From: an uncultured delta proteobacterium | GTDB taxonomy: Bacteria > Desulfobacterota > Desulfuromonadia > Geobacterales > Pseudopelobacteraceae | DNA: 64,000 nt | Direction of reading: 5' to 3' | Assembly: GCA_963772835.1 (NCBI GenBank) | Contig: CAVYYZ010000008.1 | Coordinates: 224,001 to 288,000, forward strand | In this document: piece after piece, positions 30,021-39,980 of the stretch | Layout: each line of letters begins with the position of its first letter | Position numbering within the stretch: the stretch's first letter is position 1 | Translations under genes and position numbers: made by a program | The notes under the pieces: generated by a model | What the model was told of the DNA's origin: nothing | Databases searched by the model: none | What the model saw: only the letters and a program-made list of their open reading frames with translations

Positions 30021-31403
30021 GTGACATCACCAAAAAAAGATTTTTTGCATTCCTTATGGGATTTTTTCTGTTCACTTAAGCTGACCATGTTCCTGCTGAT
30101 CTCCCTGGCGGTCATCTCGATTATAGGGACGGTTATCCCCCAGGGAATCCCTCCCGAGGAATATCTTGCTCAGATCAGTCCGGCCAAAATCAAGCTATAC
30201 AAAGCGCTTGGTTTTTTCGATATGTACCATTCATGGTGGTTCATTTTGCTGCTCTACCTGTTGACCGTCAACCTCATTGCCTGTTCCATCAAACGTTTGC
30301 CCCACATCTGGAAGATAGTTACCCGCCCGGAAACGATTCTGAGTGGAACTCTTGAAAAAACCCTGGCCAATGTAGCCACCATCAAAACCCCGGACGAACC
30401 GTCAGCAGTCAAAGAGCGGATTGTCACCTTTTTGAGTACCGGATTTGCCGAACCGGTCGTTACAGAGGTTGACGGTGCATGGCACCTCTTTGCCCAGAAA
30501 ACTCCCTGGTGCAGACTGTCTGTCTATTTTGTCCACCTGAGTGTCATCATCATCTTTATCGGTGCCATGGCAGGCTCTCTGTTCGGCTACAAAGGCTTCG
30601 TCAATATCCTCGAAGGAGAGAGCGTATCAAAGGTCATGCTGCGTTCGGAAAAGGAGCTTGACCTGGGTTTTTCCCTGCGCCTCGAGCAATTCAGTGTGAC
30701 AAAATATCCATCCGGAGCACCGAAGGAGTTCAAAAGCATCCTGACGGTACTGGAGAACGGCAAACCGGTGCCCGATTACACAAATGCCCGGGTTATCGTC
30801 AACGATCCGTTGACCTATAAAGGGATTACTTTTTATCAATCAAGTTACGGCAATGCCGGTAATTATTACCTGACAATCACGGATCTTGATGGCAAAAATC
30901 CTGTCCCTTTGACCGTTTCCGGCCAATCTTCAGTGACCCTGCCCGACGGCAGCAGCTTGCACGTTCTTGAGGCAACACAGGACGTTTCCCAATTTGCACA
31001 GGGAGTTTCAGGTCCGGCAGCCCAGGTCGAGCTGCATACCGCCAACGGTAAAACGGAGAGTTTTGTCATCTATGCCAACCATCCTGAACTGAACATCCGG
31101 CATGCGCAGCAGCATGGCACCGGTCCGGTAATTCATTACAAGGGCGCCGAAGAAAGGATGTACACTGGTCTGCAGGTGGCAAAGGATCCCGGAGTATGGG
31201 TCGTCTGGCTGGGATGCTTTCTGATGGTGTTCGGTATCTATGCCGCCTTTTTCCTGTCGCACCGCCGGATTTGGGTGCGCATCCATGGCGGAACCGTCAC
31301 TATCGGCGGAAATGCCAGCAAAAATCAGAGTGATTTCCTGCACACGTTCGAAAGTCTCGTCGAACGCCTCAAAACCGATCTTGCCAAGGAGCAACAGCCA
31401 TGA
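30021..31403 (+). CDS. resB: Cytochrome c biogenesis protein ResB (system II)
   Basis: SIIGTVIPQ, DMYHSWWF, VHLS..IIFIG, VNDPLTYKGITFYQSSY and TGLQVAKDPG motifs. Confidence 0.92.
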   Translation: MTSPKKDFLHSLWDFFCSLKLTMFLLISLAVISIIGTVIPQGIPPEEYLAQISPAKIKLYKALGFFDMYHSWWFILLLYLLTVNLIACSIKRLPHIWKIVTRPETILSGTLEKTLANVATIKTPDEPSAVKERIVTFLSTGFAEPVVTEVDGAWHLFAQKTPWCRLSVYFVHLSVIIIFIGAMAGSLFGYKGFVNILEGESVSKVMLRSEKELDLGFSLRLEQFSVTKYPSGAPKEFKSILTVLENGKPVPDYTNARVIVNDPLTYKGITFYQSSYGNAGNYYLTITDLDGKNPVPLTVSGQSSVTLPDGSSLHVLEATQDVSQFAQGVSGPAAQVELHTANGKTESFVIYANHPELNIRHAQQHGTGPVIHYKGAEERMYTGLQVAKDPGVWVVWLGCFLMVFGIYAAFFLSHRRIWVRIHGGTVTIGGNASKNQSDFLHTFESLVERLKTDLAKEQQP

Positions 31404-32254
31404 CCAGTTCATTGCTTTTCAATATCACCACCTTTGCCTATCTCATATCCATGCTGATTTTCTTCGGGTTTCTTGCCAGCCGCACTAAAACGCTCGGCAC
31501 AGTCGCCATGGTGGTCGCCTACGCCGGCCTGTTTGCTCAGTCAGTGGCCATCGGTCTACGCTGGAAGGAATCCTACGACATGGGGATTGGACACGCTCCT
31601 CTCTCCAACCTGTACGAATCGGTGGTGTTTTTCTCCTGGACGATCGTGCTGATCTATGCCCTGCTTGATATCAAATTCAAATACCGGGTGATCGGCGCCT
31701 TTGTCATGCCCTTTGCACTGCTCGGTATGGCCTGGGCACAGCTCGGCATGAACACCGGTATCGAACCGCTTGTACCTGCCTTGCAAAGTAACTGGCTGCT
31801 CTATCACGTTATTACATGCTTTCTCGGTTACGCCGCCTTCGCCGTGGCGTGCGGCATCTCCATCATGTATCTGATCAAAGCGGGGAGTGAAGAGTCAGCT
31901 GACAAGCCGGCCGGCAGCGGTCTTCTCGGTATGTTTCCACCCATGAAGGTGCTGGATGACCTGAACTATCGGGCAATTATGGTCGGTTTTCCATTGCTGA
32001 CCCTCGGCATCATCACCGGAGCTGCCTGGGCCAACTACGCCTGGGGCACCTACTGGAGCTGGGACCCGAAAGAAACCTGGTCACTGATCGTCTGGTTTGT
32101 CTATGCCGCTTTTCTGCATGCCCGCATCACCAAGGGCTGGGTCGGCAAGCGGGCTGCATGGCTCTCCATAATCGGCTTTGCCGCCACCATTTTCTGCTAT
32201 CTGGGCGTTAACCTGTTTTTGTCGGGGCTGCACAGCTACGGCGGAGGAAAGTAA
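31400..32254 (+). CDS. ccsB: Cytochrome c-type biogenesis protein CcsB/ResC (heme ligase, WWD domain)
   Basis: HAPLSNLYES, PALQSNWL..H, WANYAWGTYWSWDPKETW and GLHSY motifs. Confidence 0.93.
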   Translation: MTSSLLFNITTFAYLISMLIFFGFLASRTKTLGTVAMVVAYAGLFAQSVAIGLRWKESYDMGIGHAPLSNLYESVVFFSWTIVLIYALLDIKFKYRVIGAFVMPFALLGMAWAQLGMNTGIEPLVPALQSNWLLYHVITCFLGYAAFAVACGISIMYLIKAGSEESADKPAGSGLLGMFPPMKVLDDLNYRAIMVGFPLLTLGIITGAAWANYAWGTYWSWDPKETWSLIVWFVYAAFLHARITKGWVGKRAAWLSIIGFAATIFCYLGVNLFLSGLHSYGGGK

Positions 32255-32301
32255 ATTGCCTCTTGACAGATGTGTGGCAGTTCATTTATTGTGCTCCCAC
32301 A

Positions 32302-32407
32302 ATGAAGGGGAGTAGCTATCGGCCGGAGACATGGCTGATCCTGAGTCCGTCAACACAGTCGCAAGACTCGGGCCGGGAACGATAATAATCGCAAGCAAGA
32401 CCTTTAT
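32302..32407 (+). ncRNA. yybP-ykoY (Mn2+) riboswitch aptamer
   Basis: AAGGGGAGTAGC...CCGTCAACAC...GCAAGACCTT hallmark segments directly upstream of terC. Confidence 0.85.
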
Positions 32408-32447
32408 CCAGTGCGTCTAACCACGCCGTGGGTAAAGGTCTTTTTTA
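32399..32447 (+). terminator. Riboswitch expression-platform terminator
   Basis: GACCTTTATCCA...TGGGTAAAGGTC-TTTTTT; the left arm overlaps the aptamer 3' strand. Confidence 0.8.
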
Positions 32448-32492
32448 TTTGGTACACAGGCTGTTACAGAAGAGACAGAGGAGGCTTTAACA

Positions 32493-33242
32493 ATGGAGTG
32501 GCTGACAGACCCGCAGGTATGGATGGCACTGGTGACTCTGAGCGCACTGGAGATCGTGCTCGGAATAGACAATATTATATTTATCTCCATTCAGGCGGGC
32601 AAACTTCCCCCCCACCAGCAGGAGAAAGCCAGACTTCTCGGACTCGGGCTGGCGATGTTTATCCGTATTGCTCTGCTTTTTTCGCTTACCTGGCTCATGG
32701 GGCTTACCGCACCGCTGTTTACTGTGCTGAACAACGAGATTTCAGGTCGCGACCTGATCCTCCTTTCCGGCGGTCTGTTTCTGCTCTGGAAAAGCACCAT
32801 GGAAATCCATGAGAAACTTGAAGGTGAAGAGGAGATATCATCCGTTCGCGTAGGGGCAACCTTTGGTGCCGTAATTGTCCAAATCCTTCTCCTGGACATT
32901 GTATTTTCTCTCGATTCGATCATCACCGCGCTGGGTATGGCGAGTCAGCTTGCCATAATGATCGCAGCAGTCGTCATCGCCGTCGGTTTCATGATGCTTT
33001 TTTCGGGTACCATAAGTGCCTTTGTAGAGAAACATCCGACTATCAAGATGCTGGCGTTGAGTTTTCTCCTTCTGATCGGCGTGGCACTTATCGGCGATGG
33101 ACTTGATATGCATATACCCAAGGGGTACATCTATTTCGCCATGGCTTTTTCGGTGCTGGTCGAGATGCTCAATCTGAAACTCAGACGCAGCACCCCGGTG
33201 AAGCTCCATCAGCCACATCTGGTAAATAGCCCCGAACCCTGA
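32493..33242 (+). CDS. TerC-family membrane protein
   Basis: LEIVLGIDNIIFI, DIVFSLDSIITA and HIPKGYIYFAMAFS motifs. Confidence 0.93.
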   Translation: MEWLTDPQVWMALVTLSALEIVLGIDNIIFISIQAGKLPPHQQEKARLLGLGLAMFIRIALLFSLTWLMGLTAPLFTVLNNEISGRDLILLSGGLFLLWKSTMEIHEKLEGEEEISSVRVGATFGAVIVQILLLDIVFSLDSIITALGMASQLAIMIAAVVIAVGFMMLFSGTISAFVEKHPTIKMLALSFLLLIGVALIGDGLDMHIPKGYIYFAMAFSVLVEMLNLKLRRSTPVKLHQPHLVNSPEP

Positions 33243-33311
33243 TACACAGATGGTAGAATATAACAATTATCCCGGGCATAACCGGAGACGCTGCATCCAA
33301 GGAGACAGAAA

Positions 33312-33734
33312 ATGAAAAAATCTATGGTAAAATATTGTTCGGTGATGGTCGCCGTTATGTTTTTGAGCATTACAACTCTGGAACTTAATGCCCATGCCAG
33401 ATTCGGCGGAGGTCGCTCCTTTGGCAGCCGCGGTTCCCGCAGCTATTCCGCTCCGGCCAGTCCCTCTTACAAGGCAACTCCGTCTGCGCCAGTATCAGGA
33501 GGTGTGCAACAGCCCGGTGGCGGCGGATTTATGAGAAGTATGGCAGGCGGAATGATGGGAGGTATGCTGGGGAGCATGCTGTTCGGCAGTTCTGCCGGAG
33601 CCGGAGACGGCATGAGCGACGGTGGAGGCAGCGGCCTGTTTAACATTATTCTCCTGGCCGGAGGAGGCTATCTGCTGTATCGGTATATGAGAAAGAAAAG
33701 AACCGAGGGCTCTTCTGATCTGAATGGCCGGTGA
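33312..33734 (+). CDS. Gly-rich membrane protein resembling the N-terminal half of Tim44-domain proteins
   Basis: Signal peptide, ARFGGGRSFGSRGSRSYS, GGGFMRSMAGGMMGGMLGSMLFG, then a TM helix; stops before any Tim44 domain. Confidence 0.7.
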   Translation: MKKSMVKYCSVMVAVMFLSITTLELNAHARFGGGRSFGSRGSRSYSAPASPSYKATPSAPVSGGVQQPGGGGFMRSMAGGMMGGMLGSMLFGSSAGAGDGMSDGGGSGLFNIILLAGGGYLLYRYMRKKRTEGSSDLNGR

Positions 33735-33762
33735 TAGCATCAACAACAAAAGGGGAAACAGC

Positions 33763-36447
33763 ATGCTTAAAAACAAGGTCATTTTTGTTCTGATACTGGT
33801 CGCAGTGATTTTCCCGTTTATTTCCGGCCTGCTGAATTTTTATGCCGATTGGCTCTTTTTCGTTGAGACCGGCTACTCTTCTGTGTTCACAACGACTATA
33901 TTTGCCAAAACAGGAGTCGGGCTGTTCTTCGGGGCGCTTCTATTTGTCGTTATCATGATCAATGTTTTGTATGCGAACAGGGCGAAATTCCCCTACAGCG
34001 GAATTTTTTCAGTGGGTGGGGGGGCCTTCCGGGTAAACAGTGACGAAGTAACTCGTCTCGTAAAGCCCCTGGCCATGCTGATCGCCCTTGTCCTGGCACT
34101 CTTTGCCGGCAGCTGGGGCACCACGCAGTGGGAGGAACTGCTGCTCTTCACACACAGGGCTGACGTCGGGACCGTTGACCCGGTTATCGGCAAGGATCTC
34201 GGTTTTTATCTGTTCAACCTCCCGTTCCTGGAGCTTATCAAAGGTTTTTCCGGCTTCATGCTTCTGGCAGCCACCGCCACGGCAGGGGCGGTGTACTTTG
34301 TGCGCGGCGGCATCGTGCTGACGGAGCGGGGCGCGACAATTGACGGGAAAGTCCGTCACCATCTTGCGGTTCTGGTCGGTCTCTTTGCCTGTGTGACAGC
34401 CGCCGGCTTCTACCTGGACAGTTTCCGACTGCTGCTTTCGGGTAACGGCACCTTTTCCGGAGCCGGGTATGCCGATGTACACTCCCGTCTGCTGACATAT
34501 CGGATCCTGACGTTTCTGACGCCACTGGCGGGGATCATGCTGTCGGTCGGGCTCTGGAAGGGCGCATGGCGCATGGCGCTGCTGCCGCCGATAGTGGTGG
34601 GCGCACTGTATATAATCGGTATTCAGGTCTACCCGGGTATACTCCAGAAGTTCAAGGTTGCACCCAATGAACTTGCTCTTGAAACTCCTTATATTGAGAG
34701 CAACATCAAGTTTACCCGTTTCGGCTATGATCTGGATAAGATAGAAACCGTACCCTTCGATGTCGATACAAAGCTTACCGCCGCCGATATCGCCAACAAT
34801 GATGCCACCATCAAGAACATCAGGCTCTGGGATCATGCCCCGCTGCTCAAAACCTACAGTCAGCTGCAGCAGATCAGGACCTATTACAAGTTTTTCGATG
34901 TGGATAATGACCGCTATATGGTGAACGGGCAGTACACGCAGGTCATGCTGTCTCCTCGCGAACTTTCCTACGTGGACCTTCCCAGTAAAAACTGGATCAA
35001 CGAACGCCTGATCTTCACCCACGGCAACGGCATCACCTTCGGTCCGGTCAGCCGGATCAGCAAGGAGGGGCTCCCTGAGTTTTTTGTCAAGGATATCCCT
35101 CCTGTCAGTCTGGCTGACATCAAGGTCACCAGGCCGGAGATCTATTATGGCGAGCTTTCAAACGATTATGTGGTCGTAAAGACCAGGGTGCCGGAATTCA
35201 GCTATCCGACCGCCACCGGCAATATTAACACTACCTACGCCGGAAAGGGCGGAGTGCCGATCGACTCACTCCTCAAAAAGGCGCTCTTTGCGGCCAAATT
35301 CAGAACTGAAAAGATCCTGCTTTCGTCCGATATTACGGCGGAAAGTCGAATCCTCTATAATCGTAACATCAACGAGCGGGTCAGAACCATAGCACCTTTC
35401 CTCCGTTTCGACGGTGATCCCTACATGGTGGTGGACGGGAAAGGAGGGCTTAAATGGATCATCGACGCCTACACCTTCTCGGACCGCCTCCCTTATTCAA
35501 GGCCGCTCAGGGGTGGGATCAACTACATGAGGAACTCGGTCAAGGCGGTTGTGGACGCCTATGACGGTACACTTGACTTCTATATCAGTGATCCTGATGA
35601 TGTTCTGGTGAAGGTTTATGCCCGGATGTTTCCGGGGTTATTCAAGCCGATCACGGCCATGCCTGAAGATCTTCGTAAGCATGTCCGCTACCCGCATCAG
35701 TTTCTCCAACTGCAGGCCGCCATGTTTGCCGCCTATCACATGACCGACCCGAAGGTTTTCTACAACAAGGAGAATCTCTGGGAGATTCCGGCCCTCGGGG
35801 ACAAGCCGATGGAGCCCTACTACACGATCATGAAACTGCCGGGTGAAAAGGTTGAGGAGTATATCCTGCTGCTGCCGTTCACCCCCTCAAAGCGGGATAA
35901 TCTGTCAGCCTGGCTGACGGCCCGTTGCGACGGGGCGAATTACGGGAGGATCCGGGCCTACACATTCCCTCGTGACAGGTTGATCTATGGCCCGAAGCAG
36001 ATAGACGCGCGCATCAATCAGGATTCCTTCATTTCCCAGCAGTTGACGCTCTGGAACCAGCGAGGATCGGAGGTAATCCGGGGAAGTCTGCTCGTGATTC
36101 CTATAGAAAAGTCGCTGCTCTACGTTCAACCGCTCTTCCTCGCTGCCGATAAAGCCGGCCTTCCGGAACTGAAACGGGTAATTGTCGCCTTCGGCGATCA
36201 GGTAGTTATGGAGGAAAACCTGGAACTTGCTCTGCAACGGCTTTTTGGGGGTAAAAAAGCTGTTGCAGCTGCCGGAGCCGTTACCGGGGCGGTCTCGACA
36301 GATTCGAAAGCTTCGCCCGCCACACTGGCCAGGGAAGCTATGAGTATCTATGAGAAGGCGACGACTCTGCAGCGTCAGGGGAATTGGGCCGGATACGGCG
36401 AGGAGTTGCGCAGGCTTGAGCAGGTGCTGAAGCGGATGGCGAAGTAG
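33763..36447 (+). CDS. UPF0182-family membrane protein
   Basis: DPVIGKDLGFYLF.LP, GAGYADVH, NIRLWD, DVDNDRY, THGNG, NYMRNSVK and GSLLVIP motifs. Confidence 0.92.
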   Translation: MLKNKVIFVLILVAVIFPFISGLLNFYADWLFFVETGYSSVFTTTIFAKTGVGLFFGALLFVVIMINVLYANRAKFPYSGIFSVGGGAFRVNSDEVTRLVKPLAMLIALVLALFAGSWGTTQWEELLLFTHRADVGTVDPVIGKDLGFYLFNLPFLELIKGFSGFMLLAATATAGAVYFVRGGIVLTERGATIDGKVRHHLAVLVGLFACVTAAGFYLDSFRLLLSGNGTFSGAGYADVHSRLLTYRILTFLTPLAGIMLSVGLWKGAWRMALLPPIVVGALYIIGIQVYPGILQKFKVAPNELALETPYIESNIKFTRFGYDLDKIETVPFDVDTKLTAADIANNDATIKNIRLWDHAPLLKTYSQLQQIRTYYKFFDVDNDRYMVNGQYTQVMLSPRELSYVDLPSKNWINERLIFTHGNGITFGPVSRISKEGLPEFFVKDIPPVSLADIKVTRPEIYYGELSNDYVVVKTRVPEFSYPTATGNINTTYAGKGGVPIDSLLKKALFAAKFRTEKILLSSDITAESRILYNRNINERVRTIAPFLRFDGDPYMVVDGKGGLKWIIDAYTFSDRLPYSRPLRGGINYMRNSVKAVVDAYDGTLDFYISDPDDVLVKVYARMFPGLFKPITAMPEDLRKHVRYPHQFLQLQAAMFAAYHMTDPKVFYNKENLWEIPALGDKPMEPYYTIMKLPGEKVEEYILLLPFTPSKRDNLSAWLTARCDGANYGRIRAYTFPRDRLIYGPKQIDARINQDSFISQQLTLWNQRGSEVIRGSLLVIPIEKSLLYVQPLFLAADKAGLPELKRVIVAFGDQVVMEENLELALQRLFGGKKAVAAAGAVTGAVSTDSKASPATLAREAMSIYEKATTLQRQGNWAGYGEELRRLEQVLKRMAK

Positions 36448-36487
36448 CGGTGTTCCGTGGATGTCCCGGTGAGGTGCAGAGATCGTG

Positions 36488-36742
36488 ATGCATTATGTAG
36501 TCAGGACATTGCGGCAGGCTAAACGTATGATCGTGATGGTGACCGGTTTCACGATCCTGGCCGCCGGAGTTGCCATGATTGTGCTTCCCGGTCCGGCGTT
36601 TGTCGTTATCCCGATCGGTTTGGCGATACTGGCCACGGAGTTCATCTGGGCAAGAAATCTTCTGGACAAGGTAAAAGAACGCATTGCCCGAATGAGAAAA
36701 GGTAATGGTCGTGAGGGCAGAAATGTGCCGGATAATCATTGA
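36488..36742 (+). CDS. PGPGW-domain small membrane protein
   Basis: MIVLPGPA...GLAILATEF.WA. Confidence 0.8.
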   Translation: MHYVVRTLRQAKRMIVMVTGFTILAAGVAMIVLPGPAFVVIPIGLAILATEFIWARNLLDKVKERIARMRKGNGREGRNVPDNH

Positions 36743-36893
36743 AATGAATGTGCCCGGTTTTCCTTCCAGGGAGGGAACGTCTTTTAAACGGCGCTCTACA
36801 GGCATCCATGAAAATTGTCAGAGACATACTTCGAAGCAATGAGGTATGTCTCCTTTCTCATCTCGACAGTCTGTCCCCGGAAATATACTGCAA

Positions 36894-39800
36894 TCATCTT
36901 AATTCAACATTCACTCCCGTCTTCCCCGTCCGCACCCGGTTCAACAGCTGATCCATGTAGTAATAGACCACCGGGGTGATGTAAAGGGTCAGCAGCTGCG
37001 ATGTCAGCAGACCTCCCACAACTGCAAGGCCAAGCGGCTGCCGCGATTCCCCGCCGGCACCAAGTCCCATTGCAATCGGCAAAGTTCCCATCAGAGCTGC
37101 CATCGTGGTCATCATAATCGGCCTGAATCGTACGATCGCCCCTTCATAAATGGCCTCCAAAGGTTTTTTCCCTTCTGTCCTTTCGGCTTCAAGTGCAAAG
37201 TCGATCATCATTATTGCGTTCTTTTTGACGATGCCAAGCAGCATGATGATCCCGACAAAACCGTAGATGTTAAGGTCGCATTTAAATATCATCAGGGTGA
37301 TCAACGCCCCGAAACCGGCGGCCGGCAGCCCGGACAGGATCGTGATCGGGTGAATGTAGCTTTCGTACAGCACGCCGAGCACGATGTAGATGACAAAGAT
37401 TGCCATAATCAGCAGCAACCATAAGCCGCTGAACGAAGATTGGAACGCCTGCGCCGTCCCTTGAAAGCTGGTGCTGATGGTAGCGGGAAGCAACGTGTCG
37501 GCAAGTTTGTCAACCAGCTTCATCGCATCACCCAGAGCCACGTCGGGGCGAAGATTAAATGAAATTGTCACCGCCGGAAGTTGCCCCAGGTGGTTGACCG
37601 CCAGTGGGCCGATGGTTTTGGTGATAGTCGCTATGGTTTCGAGCGGGATTAGCTGATCGGTTTTCGCGTGGATATAGAGCATCCCCAGAGCTGCCGGGTC
37701 CCCCTGATAGAGCGGATCAAGTTCCAGAATAACCTGGTATTGGTTGGTCGGGGCAAAAATAGATGAAACCTGACGTGACCCATAGGCATAGGCAAGGGCG
37801 TCCTCCACCTGCAGTACAGAGAGTCCCAGGGCCGCCACCTTGTCCCGATTAATCTCGACTCGTACCTGCGGATTGCTCATCTGCAAATCGCTGGTTACGT
37901 CCATAAGCTCAGGTAGTGTATTTAACTTTTTTTCAAATTCGGCAGAAGAACGGTACAGCTCATCCGTATCCTGACCCTGCAAGGTGAACTGGTACTGGCT
38001 TTTGGAACTGGTGCCGCCGATCTGAATTGAGGGAACGTTTTTCAGGTAGGTGCTGATTCCGGCCACTTTTGCCAGTTTCGGCCGCAGTTCCTTGATGACC
38101 TCGTCCGCTGAGAGTGTGCGCTCACCCCGAGGTTTGAGGCGCATAAAAAAACGACCGGTATTACTGCCGCTGCCTCCCCCGATGGAGGACATGAATCCGT
38201 CAATATTGGGATCCTTGGCGATGATGGCAGCCACCGCTTCCTGATGTAGCTTCATCTCCGCAAACGAGGTCCCCTCAGCAGTCTCGGTGCTGGCGTTAAG
38301 CCGGCCGGTATCTTCTGCAGGCAGAAATCCCATCGGGATCACGGTAAACAGCCAGCCGGTCAGCAGTGTAAGCAGAATCGTTACTACCATGGTTGTGCGC
38401 CGGAAGCGAAGAACCTGCTTCAGAGAACGCTCGTAAATTCCGAGCAGGCCGTCGAAAAAACGCTCCATCATCATGAACAGGCGCCCGTGCTGTTCCGTCA
38501 TCGGCGGCTTCAGAAAACGGCTGCAGAGCATGGGGGTCAGGGAGAGGGACACAAAACAGGAGACCAGAATAGCCACACTGATAGTTATGGCAAATTCGTT
38601 CAGCAGTCGCCCCAGGATGCCTCCCATAAACAGGACCGGGATAAAGACCGCAACGAGCGAAATTGTCATGGAGATAATGGTGAAGCCAATTTCTCTGGAT
38701 CCCTTGAAAGCGGCCTCCATGGCGGTGGCACCCTTTTCCATGTGACGGACAATGTTTTCCAGCATGACAATGGCGTCATCCACGACAAAGCCGACCGCCA
38801 GAGTCAGAGCCATCATGGTAAGATTGTTGATGGAGAAACCGAGCAGATGCATGGCGGAGAAGGTGCCTACGATCGACATCGGCAACGCCAAAGCGGGGAT
38901 GATAGTGGCGGACATATTGCGCAAAAAGAGAAAAATCACCATAATAACCAGCCCGATCGTCAACATCAGGGTGAATTTGACATCGTGCATCGACTCACGG
39001 ATCTGGTCGGAGCGGTCAAACAGCACGTTAAGCTCGACCGAAGCGGGCATCTGGGTGCGGAAGGTCGGCAGCAGCTTTTTGACATTGTTCACCACCTGAA
39101 TGGTGTTGGTTCCGGGCTGGCGCTGGACGGTCAGGACGATGGCGCGGGAGTTGTTGTACCAGCCGGCTGTCTTGGTGTTCTCAACGCTGTCGATAATCTT
39201 TCCGAGTTCCTCAAGGCGAACCGGGGAGCCTTCCCTATAGGCCACCACCATCTGTCTGTAGGCGGCTGCGTTGAACATCTGACCGTTGGCTTCGATAGTA
39301 AAGGTCTGTTTTGTCCCATCGAGGGTCCCGGTCGGCAGGTTGACGTTTGCATCACCAATCGCTGTCGCTACTTCGTCTATGCCGATCCGGCGTGATGCCA
39401 GCGCTTTCGGGTCGAGCTGGGCCCGTACGGCGAATTTCTGCGATCCATGCACGTTAACCTGGGCCACACCACTGATCGTAGAGAGCCGTTGTGCGATCAT
39501 GGTCTGGGCAAACTCGTCAACTGCGGAGAGTGGCAGCGTGGGTGAGCTGAGCGTCAGGTAAAGAACCGGCTGGTCAGCAGGATTAACCTTGCGAAAGGAT
39601 GGCGGCGTCGGCATATTTTTCGGCAACGAACGGGTTGCCGCCGATATGGCCGCCTGTACATCCTGAGCAGCGGCATCGATGTCGCGGTCCAGATTGAACT
39701 GGAGGGTGATCCTGGTTGTGCCGACACCGTTGGCCGAGGTCATGGAATCGACACCGGGAATGGTGGAGAGCTGGTTCTCCAAAGGGGTAGCCACCGCCGC

Positions 39801-39980
39801 TGCCATGGTGTCCGGATTGGCGCCTGGCAGGTTGGCGCTTACCTGAATAGTCGGGAAATCCACGTTGGGGAGGTCATTCACCGGAAGCAGGCGATAGGAA
39901 ACCACTCCGAATATGAAGATGGCGATCATGATCAGTGACGTCATGATCGGACGGCGGATGAAAATATCCGCGAAATTCAT
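36894..39980 (-). CDS. RND efflux permease (MdtB/C-like, AcrB family)
   Basis: GFVVDDAIVMLENI, GIVKKNAIMMIDFA and RFRPIMMTT motifs. Confidence 0.95.
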   Translation of the reverse strand: MNFADIFIRRPIMTSLIMIAIFIFGVVSYRLLPVNDLPNVDFPTIQVSANLPGANPDTMAAAVATPLENQLSTIPGVDSMTSANGVGTTRITLQFNLDRDIDAAAQDVQAAISAATRSLPKNMPTPPSFRKVNPADQPVLYLTLSSPTLPLSAVDEFAQTMIAQRLSTISGVAQVNVHGSQKFAVRAQLDPKALASRRIGIDEVATAIGDANVNLPTGTLDGTKQTFTIEANGQMFNAAAYRQMVVAYREGSPVRLEELGKIIDSVENTKTAGWYNNSRAIVLTVQRQPGTNTIQVVNNVKKLLPTFRTQMPASVELNVLFDRSDQIRESMHDVKFTLMLTIGLVIMVIFLFLRNMSATIIPALALPMSIVGTFSAMHLLGFSINNLTMMALTLAVGFVVDDAIVMLENIVRHMEKGATAMEAAFKGSREIGFTIISMTISLVAVFIPVLFMGGILGRLLNEFAITISVAILVSCFVSLSLTPMLCSRFLKPPMTEQHGRLFMMMERFFDGLLGIYERSLKQVLRFRRTTMVVTILLTLLTGWLFTVIPMGFLPAEDTGRLNASTETAEGTSFAEMKLHQEAVAAIIAKDPNIDGFMSSIGGGSGSNTGRFFMRLKPRGERTLSADEVIKELRPKLAKVAGISTYLKNVPSIQIGGTSSKSQYQFTLQGQDTDELYRSSAEFEKKLNTLPELMDVTSDLQMSNPQVRVEINRDKVAALGLSVLQVEDALAYAYGSRQVSSIFAPTNQYQVILELDPLYQGDPAALGMLYIHAKTDQLIPLETIATITKTIGPLAVNHLGQLPAVTISFNLRPDVALGDAMKLVDKLADTLLPATISTSFQGTAQAFQSSFSGLWLLLIMAIFVIYIVLGVLYESYIHPITILSGLPAAGFGALITLMIFKCDLNIYGFVGIIMLLGIVKKNAIMMIDFALEAERTEGKKPLEAIYEGAIVRFRPIMMTTMAALMGTLPIAMGLGAGGESRQPLGLAVVGGLLTSQLLTLYITPVVYYYMDQLLNRVRTGKTGVNVELR

